64,000 nt of DNA from an uncultured bacterium (GTDB lineage: Bacteria > Armatimonadota > Hebobacteria > CAIYQO01): positions 38,882 through 102,881 of the forward strand of contig CAYYJR010000002.1 of the NCBI GenBank assembly GCA_964472305.1, written 5' to 3'. The notes below the pieces were generated by a model, which was given only the letters and a program-made list of their open reading frames with translations, had not been told where the DNA came from and made no database searches. The position numbers were made by a program, and so were the translations under genes. Below, piece after piece: positions 11,993 to 21,930 of this stretch (the stretch's first letter is position 1; each line of letters starts with the position of its first letter).

Positions 11993-12184
11993 GTGATTAC
12001 AGCGTACGTTGATCGCATTGACGGCGACGCCGCCCGTTTGCTTATCGGCAACGAGTCGGTGGCGATTGCTATTCCGCTGAACCAGTTGCCGCCCGGCACG
12101 CGCGAGGGCACGGTATTGCGCCTCGTATTCAGCATCCACCAGGGGGCGACGAAAGCGAAACAGGCGGCGTATTCGACGGAATAA
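11993..12184 (+). CDS. DUF3006-like small protein
   Basis: AYVDRIDGDAARL...LPPGTREGTVL pattern; GAGGGG RBS upstream of GTG. Confidence 0.75.
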   Translation: MITAYVDRIDGDAARLLIGNESVAIAIPLNQLPPGTREGTVLRLVFSIHQGATKAKQAAYSTE

Positions 12185-12369
12185 TGCCTCGCGGATTGAC
12201 TGATCCCATGACCAGCGTCGTTATGCGGGAATGGCGCTGCGGCGAGCGATAGAGCGAAATGTGGATTGGGGAATGCCGATTCGCGTAAATTCACAACCGA
12301 GATAACGGTCCGGCAGCCACGCTGGAATCGATTGCGGTGGATTGATTGGTCGACGGCATACCTGACGGG

Positions 12370-13383
12370 TTACCCGCGCCGCGGTTCCGGCGGGCGGCTG
12401 TCGGCGCGCACCCAGTTATGGAACCAGTTGACGATGGCGGAGCAGTGCAGGCTGACGTGGTTCCAGGAACGGGCGCAGGCGGTGGTTAATCCGAACCACC
12501 CGTTGCCGATGCCGTTCCACATCGCGCCGAAGTCGGGGCGCGGCATGCGGATTTCCCACATAGGTCGGTGCTGCTCCTCGACGGCCTGTCGTTGTTGCTC
12601 CTCGCGCAGGCGGATGGCTTCGATGCGCTGCGCGGTCTCTTCCGGCGGGCGGCGCACCACCATCAGCACGTTGGCCAGCTTGCGCTGAGTAGACATGATG
12701 GTGGTGCCATCAAAGGCGATGCCGACGGAACCGCCGCCGTCCAGCGCCATCGCGTCCACGCACCCCAACTGCAGCATGGCGTCGGCCAATTGCGGCAACA
12801 GCAAGTGGCCGGTCTCCGCCATTATCACCTGCTTATGCGGCAGGATGCCGACGACGATGCGCGCGGTGTTGCGCTGCATATAGCGGTCGTGAAAACCCTG
12901 TCCTTCCGGATCCACGGCGATCTGCCCGTCACGCACCAGGCGCAATCCGCCTTGCAGCACGCTCTCGAAGCCCCGCCAACCCGTGCCGGGCAAGGTATCC
13001 ACCATCGCCGGGGTGTTGTCCGGCGTCACGACCAGCGCGGTGCCGATGCCGCGGGTGAAGCAGACCTGGCTGCCGCGGACGACCACGTCGCCGATCGGTT
13101 CGCCGCTTTTCAAGTCGAAAAAGGTGCCGGTGATCTGCGCCAGCGGAGCAGAGTCTTTGAGGAACTGGGTGAAGGTTTTCCGATTATCCGGTGTGTCGAG
13201 TGCCACGCCCGGTGTCAACAACAGCGACGGATCGTTCAGATCCACGGTGATGATGTGGGCGGTGACGCCGTTGATCGTGAGCTTGCGATAGCTAAGTCCG
13301 TCGGCCTCCGCGTGCAGCGGCGGCCGGCACAGCACGAGCACGGCAAGCACCGCGCCCGAGATCCAGAAGGTGATGAAACGCAC
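12370..13383 (-). CDS. Secreted phosphodiester glycosidase (NAGPA/DUF2233) family protein
   Basis: Signal peptide; ITGTFF, GGLRLVRDG, ARIVVG, AMALDGGGS. Confidence 0.82.
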   Translation of the reverse strand: MRFITFWISGAVLAVLVLCRPPLHAEADGLSYRKLTINGVTAHIITVDLNDPSLLLTPGVALDTPDNRKTFTQFLKDSAPLAQITGTFFDLKSGEPIGDVVVRGSQVCFTRGIGTALVVTPDNTPAMVDTLPGTGWRGFESVLQGGLRLVRDGQIAVDPEGQGFHDRYMQRNTARIVVGILPHKQVIMAETGHLLLPQLADAMLQLGCVDAMALDGGGSVGIAFDGTTIMSTQRKLANVLMVVRRPPEETAQRIEAIRLREEQQRQAVEEQHRPMWEIRMPRPDFGAMWNGIGNGWFGLTTACARSWNHVSLHCSAIVNWFHNWVRADSRPPEPRRG

Positions 13384-13860
13384 GTGCCTTAACCCTATCG
13401 ATGCCCGACATGAAAAAGGCCGCTCCGGTGGCATCAACCCGGAGCTACCCGGCGCTATTATACGGAATTCGACGCACAGTGTGCAACCACGGTCGCACAC
13501 TGTGGTGTTAGACACGGTTTGGCAATTTCGGTTTTCGGCGGAAAGTCAGTTGCCCCTGACGCTGCCGTACAGTCGAGTCCTGCACTGGACGCGCGCGCCG
13601 GAGCATGCTATGGTATCGCCGAAATCCTGCCGGTAGCTGATGGAGCGCCGATGCTCGCACCCACTGCTGTTACACATCGTTCATGTTACGTGAACTACGC
13701 CGAACACCCGCGGAACCACTGGTATGTGAACCGGTCCTGCCCCGGTGCGCCGAACCGCAGCCGGTGGCGCCACTGGGCGCGCGTGCCGACGCGGCCGCTA
13801 ACAGTGCTCACCGATTCTCGCGTAAGATCCACCGGGCATCAGTAAAGGCATTTTCCGCGC

Positions 13861-15108
13861 ATGACAACTGACACGTCGCTATCCGCTGCTGCGTTGTGGT
13901 TGCGCCTGTCGCCGTTCCTCGGCACGCGGGCGCGGCGGCGCATGGCAGTGCTGGCGGTGACCACATTGCTGTTCAGCCTGTTCTCGGTGGGGTCGGAAGT
14001 GATGCTGCCGCTGTGGGTCACCAACGATCTGGGGTGGTCGGCAAGTGCATGGGCGCAGTTGCGCTCGCTGCGCTTCTTCGGGGTGGTGGCGGGGGTCATT
14101 GTATTGGGCGCACTGTCCGACCGCTTTGGCCAGCGCATGTTGGGAGCGCTGTCGATGCTCGGTACCGCGGTCTGCCTGCTGCTGCTCCGCTGGGGCACAG
14201 CGAGCAGTCTCTGGGTAATCATGCCGATTTTTGGCGCACTGGTCAGCACCGCGTTCGTCAACTTGAACACCCTCACCCAGCAGGTTTCCGCACGTCGTCA
14301 GGGGTTGGCCAACGCCATCTATCGCAGCATCGGCGCGAGCACGGTTATTGTCGCGCCGGTGCTGGTCACCCGGCTGGGCGCGTGGTGGCACGGCTACCCA
14401 TCGGTCTTTGTCGTCTTTGCCGCGCTGCTCATCATCGCCGCGCTGGTGCTGTTTGCCTACCCGGGCGAGGAAACGCCGTCCGCGCTGGGCAATCTCACCG
14501 ACGAAGTGCGGCGACTGTGGATCGGCTACCGCGCCGCGCTGCGGCGCGCGGAGTTGACGCGCTTTATCCACCTCTCGATGATCTGGGGCAATCTGATCGC
14601 CGGAGTGGGTGCGTTTTTCGCCATTCGCTTCGCACACGAACTGCGGCAAGGGGACCAGGCTTTCGGCGTGTTGAATTCCGTCGCCGGGACGGTCGCGTTC
14701 CTTGCCACTCTGGGCGCGGCCTTTTTCATGGATCGAGTATCATTGCGCAAGCTGCACGGATTGCTCGGTACCGCTACCGGCTTGTGCACCGCGCTGCTTG
14801 GCCTCGGTGATTCCCACTTGCTGGCTATGGTCGGATTCACCGCGTTCATCGCCTTCACCACCATACTGCTCGGTCCCAGCAGCATGTGGGTCAGCCGCAC
14901 CGCCGGCGCCGGCGGCCAGGTGGCGGCTTTTTCGGTGCATAAGATTCTGTCGGCGCTCTACATCGCTGTGGCGATGGCGCTGCTCGGTCTGCTGGAACGC
15001 TTGATCGGCATTCGTGCCATCTTCCTCTACGGCGGCCTGCTCGCTACCCTCGCCGGGTTGGCATTCTTCCTGCTGCCGGAACCGCCGTTGCCGGGGAAGG
15101 TGGATTGA
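13861..15108 (+). CDS. MFS transporter
   Basis: About 12 hydrophobic segments; motif A GALSDRFGQR. Confidence 0.9.
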   Translation: MTTDTSLSAAALWLRLSPFLGTRARRRMAVLAVTTLLFSLFSVGSEVMLPLWVTNDLGWSASAWAQLRSLRFFGVVAGVIVLGALSDRFGQRMLGALSMLGTAVCLLLLRWGTASSLWVIMPIFGALVSTAFVNLNTLTQQVSARRQGLANAIYRSIGASTVIVAPVLVTRLGAWWHGYPSVFVVFAALLIIAALVLFAYPGEETPSALGNLTDEVRRLWIGYRAALRRAELTRFIHLSMIWGNLIAGVGAFFAIRFAHELRQGDQAFGVLNSVAGTVAFLATLGAAFFMDRVSLRKLHGLLGTATGLCTALLGLGDSHLLAMVGFTAFIAFTTILLGPSSMWVSRTAGAGGQVAAFSVHKILSALYIAVAMALLGLLERLIGIRAIFLYGGLLATLAGLAFFLLPEPPLPGKVD

Positions 15109-15275
15109 CGCGACAGCGCGCAGAGATCGCATATACAATAGCCTGAAGCGCCGGCGCCTCTCGCCGTCTTACCGCCGATTCCTGTCGCCAAGGGACGACA
15201 CGGCTCACTTTATACGTGGAAAAGGTATTCCACGCGTCGGCGGCGAATAGCAATGACATTGCGGAGGTTCATGGC

Positions 15276-15974
15276 ATGGCGAAAGGCGCCGCTGATCAAC
15301 AAGCTAAAGCCAGCATCGCGGGAATGGTGTTGATTCGCATTTTTCTCGGCGCATTTTTTCTTTACAGCGCCACTGCGAAGATCATCGCGCCGATGGAAAC
15401 GACACCGCCGGAACTGCCGCCCGTGCCGCTGGTGCAACCGGCGACCCGCGCGCCGGCACCCGTGAACAGCGTGGCCTCGCCGACCACCCCGGCGCGCGCG
15501 CTCCCCCGGCCAGCGCCCGCGCGACACTTGGTGGCGCCGCCACCCCCGGCGGTCAGCGCGCCGAGCATGTTTTCACCCGAGGCATTCGTCACCATGCTGC
15601 GCGAATCCACCGCGCCGGGACCGGATACCGAGCACGCCGGACGCTTTGTGCGGCATAATGTCAACCCCGACTTCGCCCTGTTTCTCACCGGCATCGTCAA
15701 TCCCAATGCCGACGCGTTTGCCTGGCTGGTGATCGCCGGCGAGGCGGGACTCGGCCTGTTGTTCCTTTTCGGTTTGCTGACGCGAGTGGCGGCGCTGTTC
15801 GCCCTCGTCATGAATGCCGGCTACCTGTTGGCCACCATGCACCTGTCGCCGACCTATATCGGGGCGAACACCGCGTTCCTTGTCATGGAACTGGCAGTGC
15901 TGATTGCCGGCGCGGGGCGCATGTTCGGTCTAGATGGCATGATGGGTAAGAAGAAAGCGAAATCCAAAGATTGA
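15276..15974 (+). CDS. DoxX family membrane protein with Pro-rich insertion
   Basis: LIRIFLGAFF...K, GEAGLGLLFLFGLLTRVAA, GAGRMFGLD. Confidence 0.8.
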   Translation: MAKGAADQQAKASIAGMVLIRIFLGAFFLYSATAKIIAPMETTPPELPPVPLVQPATRAPAPVNSVASPTTPARALPRPAPARHLVAPPPPAVSAPSMFSPEAFVTMLRESTAPGPDTEHAGRFVRHNVNPDFALFLTGIVNPNADAFAWLVIAGEAGLGLLFLFGLLTRVAALFALVMNAGYLLATMHLSPTYIGANTAFLVMELAVLIAGAGRMFGLDGMMGKKKAKSKD

Positions 15975-16175
15975 GAACCGTTCTCCGCTTGAATCCGAGC
16001 CGGATGACACCGAGATGATCGCGCCGTTCGACAGGCGCATGCGCTTCGAGTTGGCCGGATAGAGTGCGTGTCCGCGGACAGACCTGACAGGAACCTTGTC
16101 GCCATCAGGCGCGTAACGATCGGTGCCCGACGGCCGGAGGCATGCCGAGAGAGGCGTTAAAGGTTTTGCGGATTC

Positions 16176-16958
16176 ATGACCCTGGCATTTGATGGTTTTG
16201 AGTTGCCAGAAGCCCTGCCCGCGCTGGGGCACGCGTTATCGACGCGCGACGGCGGCGTGAGTGCGGGTGACTTTGCCGCCCTGAACTTTGGCATGCATGT
16301 GGGTGATGATCCGCGATTGGTCGCGGAAAACCGCCGGCGTTTCGCCGCGGCGGTTGGCTATGAGGCCACGGCGCTGGTGACGGCGCAACAGGTGCATGGC
16401 ACTCACGTCGCGTGGGTCGACGCGGATGATCGCGGGCGCGGCGCCTTCGCCTGGGACGATGCCTTGCCGGCGACGGACGGGCTGATCGTTGCCGCAGCCG
16501 GCGTGCCGGTGGCGGTGCTGGTGGCCGATTGCGCGCCGGTGTTGCTGGTGGATGCGGCGCGGCACGTGCTGGCGGTGGTGCATGCCGGTTGGCGCGGGGC
16601 GTTGGGGCGTATCGCCGCCGCTGCCGTCCGCGTGATGACCGTCGCGGGGTGTGATCCGACGGCGGTGCAGGCGGCCATCGGGCCGACCCTGTGCCCGGCC
16701 TGCCTGGAAGTGGGCGATGAGGTGGCGGCACGGGTAGCTGCCGAGTTCGGTGAGGGTGGTATCGTGCGCGTGGGGACGAAATCCGGACTGAACCTGCGTG
16801 CGATGATCGTCGCCGACCTGGCAAGCGCCGGAGTGTCGCCAGAGCGTATCGTCGTCCACCCGGCGTGCACGCGCTGCCGGAACGATCGGTATTTTTCACA
16901 CCGCGGCCAGCAGGGTCGCGCCGGACGCATCGCCCTGGTGGCATGGTGGCGCGAATAA
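16176..16958 (+). CDS. pgeF: YfiH/PgeF purine nucleoside phosphorylase/laccase-domain protein
   Basis: STRDGGVS, QQVHG, VADCAPV, HAGWRG, CT.C...YFSHR. Confidence 0.92.
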   Translation: MTLAFDGFELPEALPALGHALSTRDGGVSAGDFAALNFGMHVGDDPRLVAENRRRFAAAVGYEATALVTAQQVHGTHVAWVDADDRGRGAFAWDDALPATDGLIVAAAGVPVAVLVADCAPVLLVDAARHVLAVVHAGWRGALGRIAAAAVRVMTVAGCDPTAVQAAIGPTLCPACLEVGDEVAARVAAEFGEGGIVRVGTKSGLNLRAMIVADLASAGVSPERIVVHPACTRCRNDRYFSHRGQQGRAGRIALVAWWRE

Positions 16959-17058
16959 GCGAACGCGCAATAATTGCGCGCGATATGGAATAGCTGCTGT
17001 ATGAGAAACGCGCCCATCGGCGTGTCGAACCTCGTGATCCCAAAGAGAGGAAACAACG

Positions 17059-18678
17059 ATGGCATTAAATCCCACAGCGACGAACGAACGACTCGCCAAG
17101 ATTCTCGAACGTCAAAACCTGTTACCCCTCAATGTCATTAGCGGACTGACGGCTAAAGCCTTACGACAGTCGCAATGGCTCGGGAAAGTGGCCGTCGATG
17201 ACGGCGCGCTTTCCGCCAAAGAGATTGCCGATCTTCTCGCGCAGGAAACCAAGTTGCCGTACGTCGAGTTGGAGATGGCCGGGCCGGATCCGCGAGCGCT
17301 CGATCTCATCCCGCTGGAGATGGCCCGCAACCTGGATGTCATCCCGCTGCAATTGGACGGCAGTCAGCTATACGTCGCGATGGCCAATCCGCTGGATGAT
17401 ACCGCCAAGCTCGCGTTGCGTGAAGCCGCGCGGTGCGAGGTGGCGTATAATGTCGCGCCGATGGACCAGGTGGCACGCGCGATCGGCTCCTGGTACAACC
17501 AGGCCGCGCCCCGCGCCGCGGCGCCGTCCGCCGCCAGCCCCAATTTTTCCAGCATCCTCGGCAACATGACCCCCGAGCCGCCGCCCCCGCCAACCCCGAC
17601 CACCGCGCCGGGGTCGGAGATGACCATCGAAGAGTTGTTGACGATGATGATCGAGCATCGCGCGTCCGACCTGCACCTGGCCGTCGGTTCACCGCCGCAG
17701 ATGCGCGTGGATGGGGAATTGCAACCGATGCCGTATCCCATGTTGAAGCCGCAAATCGTGCAACCGATCATCTACTCCATCCTCACCGACGTGCAGATCA
17801 CCGCGTATGAACGGCATTGGGAGCTGGACTTCTCCTACAGTCTGCCCGGCGTCTCGCGCTTCCGCGTGAATGTCCACCGCCAGCGCGGGTCGGTCGGAGC
17901 GGTTTTCCGCTCTATTCCCTCCGACATCCCCACGCTGGACAAGCTGAAGATGCCGCCCATCGTGCGCGAGTTGACCAATCGCCCGCGCGGATTGGTGCTG
18001 GTCACCGGTCCCACCGGCTCCGGGAAATCCACCACGCTGGCGGCGATGGTGGACGAGATCAACCGCAACCATCGCACGCATATCGTGACCATCGAGGATC
18101 CCATCGAGTTCCTGCATAATAACAAGCTGAGTGTCATCACCCAGCGTGAAGTGGGCTCCGACACCGAAAGCTTCACCGTGGCGCTGCGCCACGTGCTGCG
18201 CCAGGATCCCGACGTGATCCTCATCGGTGAGATGCGCGACCTGGAAACCATCGCCGCGGCGCTGACGGCGGCGGAAACCGGCCACCTGGTTTTTGCCACC
18301 CTGCACACCACCAGCGCGGCCTCCACCATCGACCGCATCGTCGACGTCTTCCCCGAGCACCAGCAGGATCAGGTGCGCACCCAGCTCGCGAACGTGCTGG
18401 AAGGCATCCTCACCCAGACGCTGTTGCAGCATATCGACGGTCACGGCCGCTGCTGCGCGCAGGAGATCATGCTCGGCAACGCCGCCATCCGTACGCTCAT
18501 CCGCGACAACAAGGTGCACCAGATGCCCGGCATCATCCAGGCGAGCGGCAAACTCGGTATGCAAACGCTCGACCAGGCGCTGCGCACGCTGGTGCTGAAG
18601 AAGATGGTCACCCTCGACGAAGCGATGACCAAAGCGTCCAACCCCGACGATTTCAAGGCGCTGCTGGCCATGCAGTAG
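17059..18678 (+). CDS. pilT: PilT retraction ATPase with an N-terminal GspE/PilB N1 (MshEN-like) domain
   Basis: ASDLHL, GPTGSGKSTT, TIEDPIE, LRQDPD, TLHT, AIRTLIRD, GMQTLD; about 145-aa N-domain ending VAMANP, then a Pro/Ala linker. Confidence 0.9.
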   Translation: MALNPTATNERLAKILERQNLLPLNVISGLTAKALRQSQWLGKVAVDDGALSAKEIADLLAQETKLPYVELEMAGPDPRALDLIPLEMARNLDVIPLQLDGSQLYVAMANPLDDTAKLALREAARCEVAYNVAPMDQVARAIGSWYNQAAPRAAAPSAASPNFSSILGNMTPEPPPPPTPTTAPGSEMTIEELLTMMIEHRASDLHLAVGSPPQMRVDGELQPMPYPMLKPQIVQPIIYSILTDVQITAYERHWELDFSYSLPGVSRFRVNVHRQRGSVGAVFRSIPSDIPTLDKLKMPPIVRELTNRPRGLVLVTGPTGSGKSTTLAAMVDEINRNHRTHIVTIEDPIEFLHNNKLSVITQREVGSDTESFTVALRHVLRQDPDVILIGEMRDLETIAAALTAAETGHLVFATLHTTSAASTIDRIVDVFPEHQQDQVRTQLANVLEGILTQTLLQHIDGHGRCCAQEIMLGNAAIRTLIRDNKVHQMPGIIQASGKLGMQTLDQALRTLVLKKMVTLDEAMTKASNPDDFKALLAMQ

Positions 18679-18798
18679 TGAGCGATCAGTGACGCGTGGG
18701 CTATGGCACGTGCGGGGAACCGTCGTCCCATAGCCCTTTTTGTTCATTTCCCTTGTCGTCGCGCCGACGGGGGAGACATTGTCGTAGGGAGGAAGCGC

Positions 18799-19149
18799 AT
18801 GTCAACCGAGCACGCGATCTCGCCCTGTGGTATCGATTGTTCCACTTGCGAGATATATCGCGCGGCGCACGATCCCCTGGCGGCACAGCGTCTGGCGGAA
18901 GCATGGAAGGCCGGTGGAAACGCCAACGCCATGCCGGAATGGTTTCGCTGCCAGGGATGCCGAGGTGACCGCAATGTACGCTGGAAAAGTGATTGTCGCA
19001 TCGCCGCATGCTGTGCGGAACAAGGCTTGCTGGATTGCAGCCAGTGTGCCGATTTTCCGTGCGATACCTACCGGAACTGGATCGGCACATGGCCGCATCA
19101 CCGTGCCGCATATGAGCGGCTGTGTGCCATGCGACAAAGCGGGAACTGA
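18799..19149 (+). CDS. DUF3795-like Cys-rich protein
   Basis: CGIDCSTC, CQGC, CRIAACC, CSQCADFPC; GGGAGG RBS. Confidence 0.82.
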   Translation: MSTEHAISPCGIDCSTCEIYRAAHDPLAAQRLAEAWKAGGNANAMPEWFRCQGCRGDRNVRWKSDCRIAACCAEQGLLDCSQCADFPCDTYRNWIGTWPHHRAAYERLCAMRQSGN

Positions 19150-19219
19150 TCCGAAGATGGTGGCAACCAGGACCGGATTTCCTCTCGGCACGGTATCACG
19201 AAGGAGAGTTGCGGAAAAT

Positions 19220-19309
19220 TGGCGGAGGGGGAGGGATTCGAACCCCCGGAGGCTGTGACACCTCAACGGTTTTCAAGACCGCCGCCTTCAACCGCTCGGC
19301 CACCCCTCC
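19220..19309 (-). tRNA. tRNA-Ser (anticodon TGA)
   Basis: Reverse complement GGAGGGGTGGCCGAGCGGTTGAAGGCGGCGGTCTTGAAAACCG...GGTTCGAATCCCTCCCCCTCCGCCA; long variable arm; encoded CCA. Confidence 0.97.
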
Positions 19310-19329
19310 GCACTGTGCGCGGCACCCTA

Positions 19330-19358
19330 AGAGTATGTCATCGGCGCGCCCTTGTCAA
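19330..19358 (-). promoter_or_regulatory. sigma70-type promoter of tRNA-Ser
   Basis: TTGACA-17 nt-TACTCT on the minus strand. Confidence 0.65.
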
Positions 19359-19458
19359 CGGCTTTCGTCCTTCACGTGCGGGTGAGCAGAACGGCCTTTC
19401 ACGGGGCAAGGGAAGTAATTTCCAACACGGCCCGACAATCCCTGCCCCACCCAAATGC

Positions 19459-19488
19459 GTCGAGACGCGAGGTTGCTCGCGTCTCGAC
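19459..19488 (-). terminator. 13-bp stem hairpin downstream of the TraF-like gene
   Basis: GTCGAGACGCGAG-gttg-CTCGCGTCTCGAC. Confidence 0.6.
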
Positions 19489-19512
19489 GGCGTGCCGGGT
19501 TGGTGACCGGAA

Positions 19513-20850
19513 TTACCAGCGCGAAACCAGCGCCACGTTCACCTTGCTGTAGCGCGGAATCTCATTGCCCTTGTAACTTCCTTTCTTGGATGACATCGCC
19601 GCGGCGACATCGAGTTGCAGGAACTTGATGCCGATACCGAGGCCGGCGGTATAGACCAGGCCTTCCTGCTCTTTATTCGCCTGGTTCTGCATGGCGCCGG
19701 CGCGCAGGCTGAACCAACTCGTGGGATGCAGGTTGATGCCGCCGCCGAGATACTGCGAGTCGGTGCCGTCCGCCAGCTTGTTCTTCGAGATGTCGTAGTC
19801 CGCGGCGAAATCGATCTTGTTATTGAACAAGCCCATCGCCACGCCCGCGCGGTACATCGGCTCGACGGGCAGGTCGGTCAGCGAGCCATCCGCCATTTTG
19901 AACTTCGGCTTGTTCAGGTTCTTGCCCACCAGGCCGATGGTCAGGTTGTTCAACAGCGGCGGCTGATACAGCACGCCCGCATCCAGGCCGAACGCCGAAC
20001 TGGTCTTCTGGCTATTGTCCAACTGGTCTTGAATATCCTCGGAGTTGGTGTCGATGTTGATGCGGCCCGCATACGTGGTGCCCGACATGTATTTCGCGGA
20101 GCCGCCGATGGAGAGCTTGCCCAGGCCGATATTGAACGTGCGCGCCGTGCTGATGGGCACTTCGACTAACGCCAGCCCGTTCAGGTCGATATAGGTGTCC
20201 TGGTTCTGCAGCGCGAATTCGAGCGAATTCGCCTCGTAGACATTCTGATCGATGGCGGCGCCATTGTAGGTCGCACTGTAAGAGTCGGTAGCCGGATCAT
20301 AGGCCACGTACGGCAGCAGCGGATTGCCGGTCGCCACGATGATGTCCAGCTTGTTGGGATCGATGACGGCCTTCGCGCTGGCATCTGAGGTGCCGAACAC
20401 CGCGACGGAAAGATTCGAGATCTGGAAGCCGAGACCGGCCGAAGGCATCAGGAACAGGCCGTTCTTCCCGCCGGACATGTCAAGCAGAATCCCCTGCGCC
20501 TCCAGGACATTGGTGGCATCCACGCCATTGCTCCCGTTGTTGGGGGCATTGGCCGCGATGCGGTTGATGGCATTTGTCAAATCCAGTTCGGAGAGGCGGT
20601 CGATATTTTCCGCCAGGTTGAACTCGCGAACCCCAAGGCCGACGCTCAGGCTGCCTTCCACGGTATAGCGGCTTTTGGCCAGCAGCGCGGGATTGTAATA
20701 CCCCGCGTAGGAGCCTTTGGCGTTGGCGACGCCGGCGCCGCCCATGCCGATGCTTTCATAACCGATCGGCTGGAATTCATATGCGCCGGCGGCGAGAGCG
20801 GCCAGCAGCATCAGGCACGAGAGAAGGGAAAGGATGGGTGCAATTTTCAT
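19513..20850 (-). CDS. TraF_2-like outer-membrane beta-barrel protein
   Basis: Signal peptide, SIGMGGAGVA, YYNPA, LRAG, alternating beta strands, C-terminal Trp. Confidence 0.8.
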   Translation of the reverse strand: MKIAPILSLLSCLMLLAALAAGAYEFQPIGYESIGMGGAGVANAKGSYAGYYNPALLAKSRYTVEGSLSVGLGVREFNLAENIDRLSELDLTNAINRIAANAPNNGSNGVDATNVLEAQGILLDMSGGKNGLFLMPSAGLGFQISNLSVAVFGTSDASAKAVIDPNKLDIIVATGNPLLPYVAYDPATDSYSATYNGAAIDQNVYEANSLEFALQNQDTYIDLNGLALVEVPISTARTFNIGLGKLSIGGSAKYMSGTTYAGRINIDTNSEDIQDQLDNSQKTSSAFGLDAGVLYQPPLLNNLTIGLVGKNLNKPKFKMADGSLTDLPVEPMYRAGVAMGLFNNKIDFAADYDISKNKLADGTDSQYLGGGINLHPTSWFSLRAGAMQNQANKEQEGLVYTAGLGIGIKFLQLDVAAAMSSKKGSYKGNEIPRYSKVNVALVSRW

Positions 20851-21108
20851 GTGCGTCTCCTTTGTGGTGGATTGAGCTGGGATGTGCGGTTTGTACGACA
20901 GAGCGATTGCTCTCTCAATACCCAAATTATTCCATATCACCGCCCAGAGTCCTGCAAACGATAAAAAAAATATCATCAATGCGGAAGATTGCTTTTCCCT
21001 GCAATCCATCGCGGATGGCAGGAACCGTACGCCGGCCAGCGCAGGAAGCATGTCGGCAGCGGCCGGGAGGACTGTTGCGTCGAGGGCGGACCGCTGCCGG
21101 TTACGGCT

Positions 21109-21228
21109 GCCGGCGCCGGCGCCGGCAGCGGTTATCTGCTTTCCCCCGCACAGGCCATTCAGGATGACATGCCGCTGGCGAATTGCCTGGCGCTCATCGA
21201 TGAAGCACAGGCATTATACGCGGGCTGA
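21109..21228 (+). pseudogene. C-terminal remnant of a URO-D family gene
   Basis: AGSGYLLSPAQAIQDDMPLANCLALIDEAQ resembles the URO-D C-terminus; the upstream frame looks non-coding. Confidence 0.55.
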
Positions 21229-21295
21229 CCGGCAGGGCAACCGCCGTCTTCTCCGCAGAAAGACGGCTACTCGCCCGTGCCCAACACCAATCATC

Positions 21296-21808
21296 CTACC
21301 GATTCGCCTCCCGGTGTGCCTGTGCACAGGCGATATACACCTCCGCGTTTTCACGGAGATGCGCCTGTTGTTCGGGGGTGAGCTCTTTCAGCACTTTGGC
21401 GGGGACGCCGGCGACCAGGCTGCCGGGGGGGATATCCATTCCTTCACGCACTACCGCGCCAGCGGCAACGAGGCTACCTTTTCCAATTTTCGCGTGGTTG
21501 AGCACGATGGCGCCCATGCCGATCAACACGCCATCCTCAATCGTCGCGCCATGAATGACCGCGTTGTGGCCGATGGTGACGTGATCGCCGATGCAGGCGG
21601 GGATGCCCGTGTCGACGTGCACGCTGGCGTTGTCCTGCACATTGCTGCCCGCGCCGATGGTGATGGCGGCCAGGTCGCCGCGCAGGCACGCGCCATACCA
21701 TACGCTGGCGTCGCGTCCCAACGCCACCTCGCCGATCACCGTCGCCGTCGGCGCGACAAAGACGCTGTCATCAAAGTGCGGGCGATTGGTATTGATACGA
21801 AGAGTCAC
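21296..21808 (-). CDS. Gamma carbonic anhydrase family protein
   Basis: LRGD, SNVQDN..VH, VTIGH...HG hexapeptide repeats, GVPAK. Confidence 0.92.
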   Translation of the reverse strand: MTLRINTNRPHFDDSVFVAPTATVIGEVALGRDASVWYGACLRGDLAAITIGAGSNVQDNASVHVDTGIPACIGDHVTIGHNAVIHGATIEDGVLIGMGAIVLNHAKIGKGSLVAAGAVVREGMDIPPGSLVAGVPAKVLKELTPEQQAHLRENAEVYIACAQAHREANR

Positions 21809-21930
21809 AGGCGTTTCCTCATGAGTAGATTTGAGCCACAGCGGCACAGCGAGAGCATGGTACGTGGCAAATGCATATTACATCGTCGACTTTCCCGGTT
21901 TGCCGTGTTCTCTCCCGGTGCCATTGTGGT

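Noticed and set aside
13600-13660. Fluoride riboswitch upstream of the MFS gene
   Set aside because: Only a GCTGATG fragment matches; the GGCGATGG-GTTCGCC stem is absent
19150-19320. Integrative element at tRNA-Ser
   Set aside because: No integrase, and I found no duplicated tRNA 3' end in the window
19513-20850. Conjugative system implied by a TraF-like gene
   Set aside because: No T4SS, relaxase or other tra genes nearby
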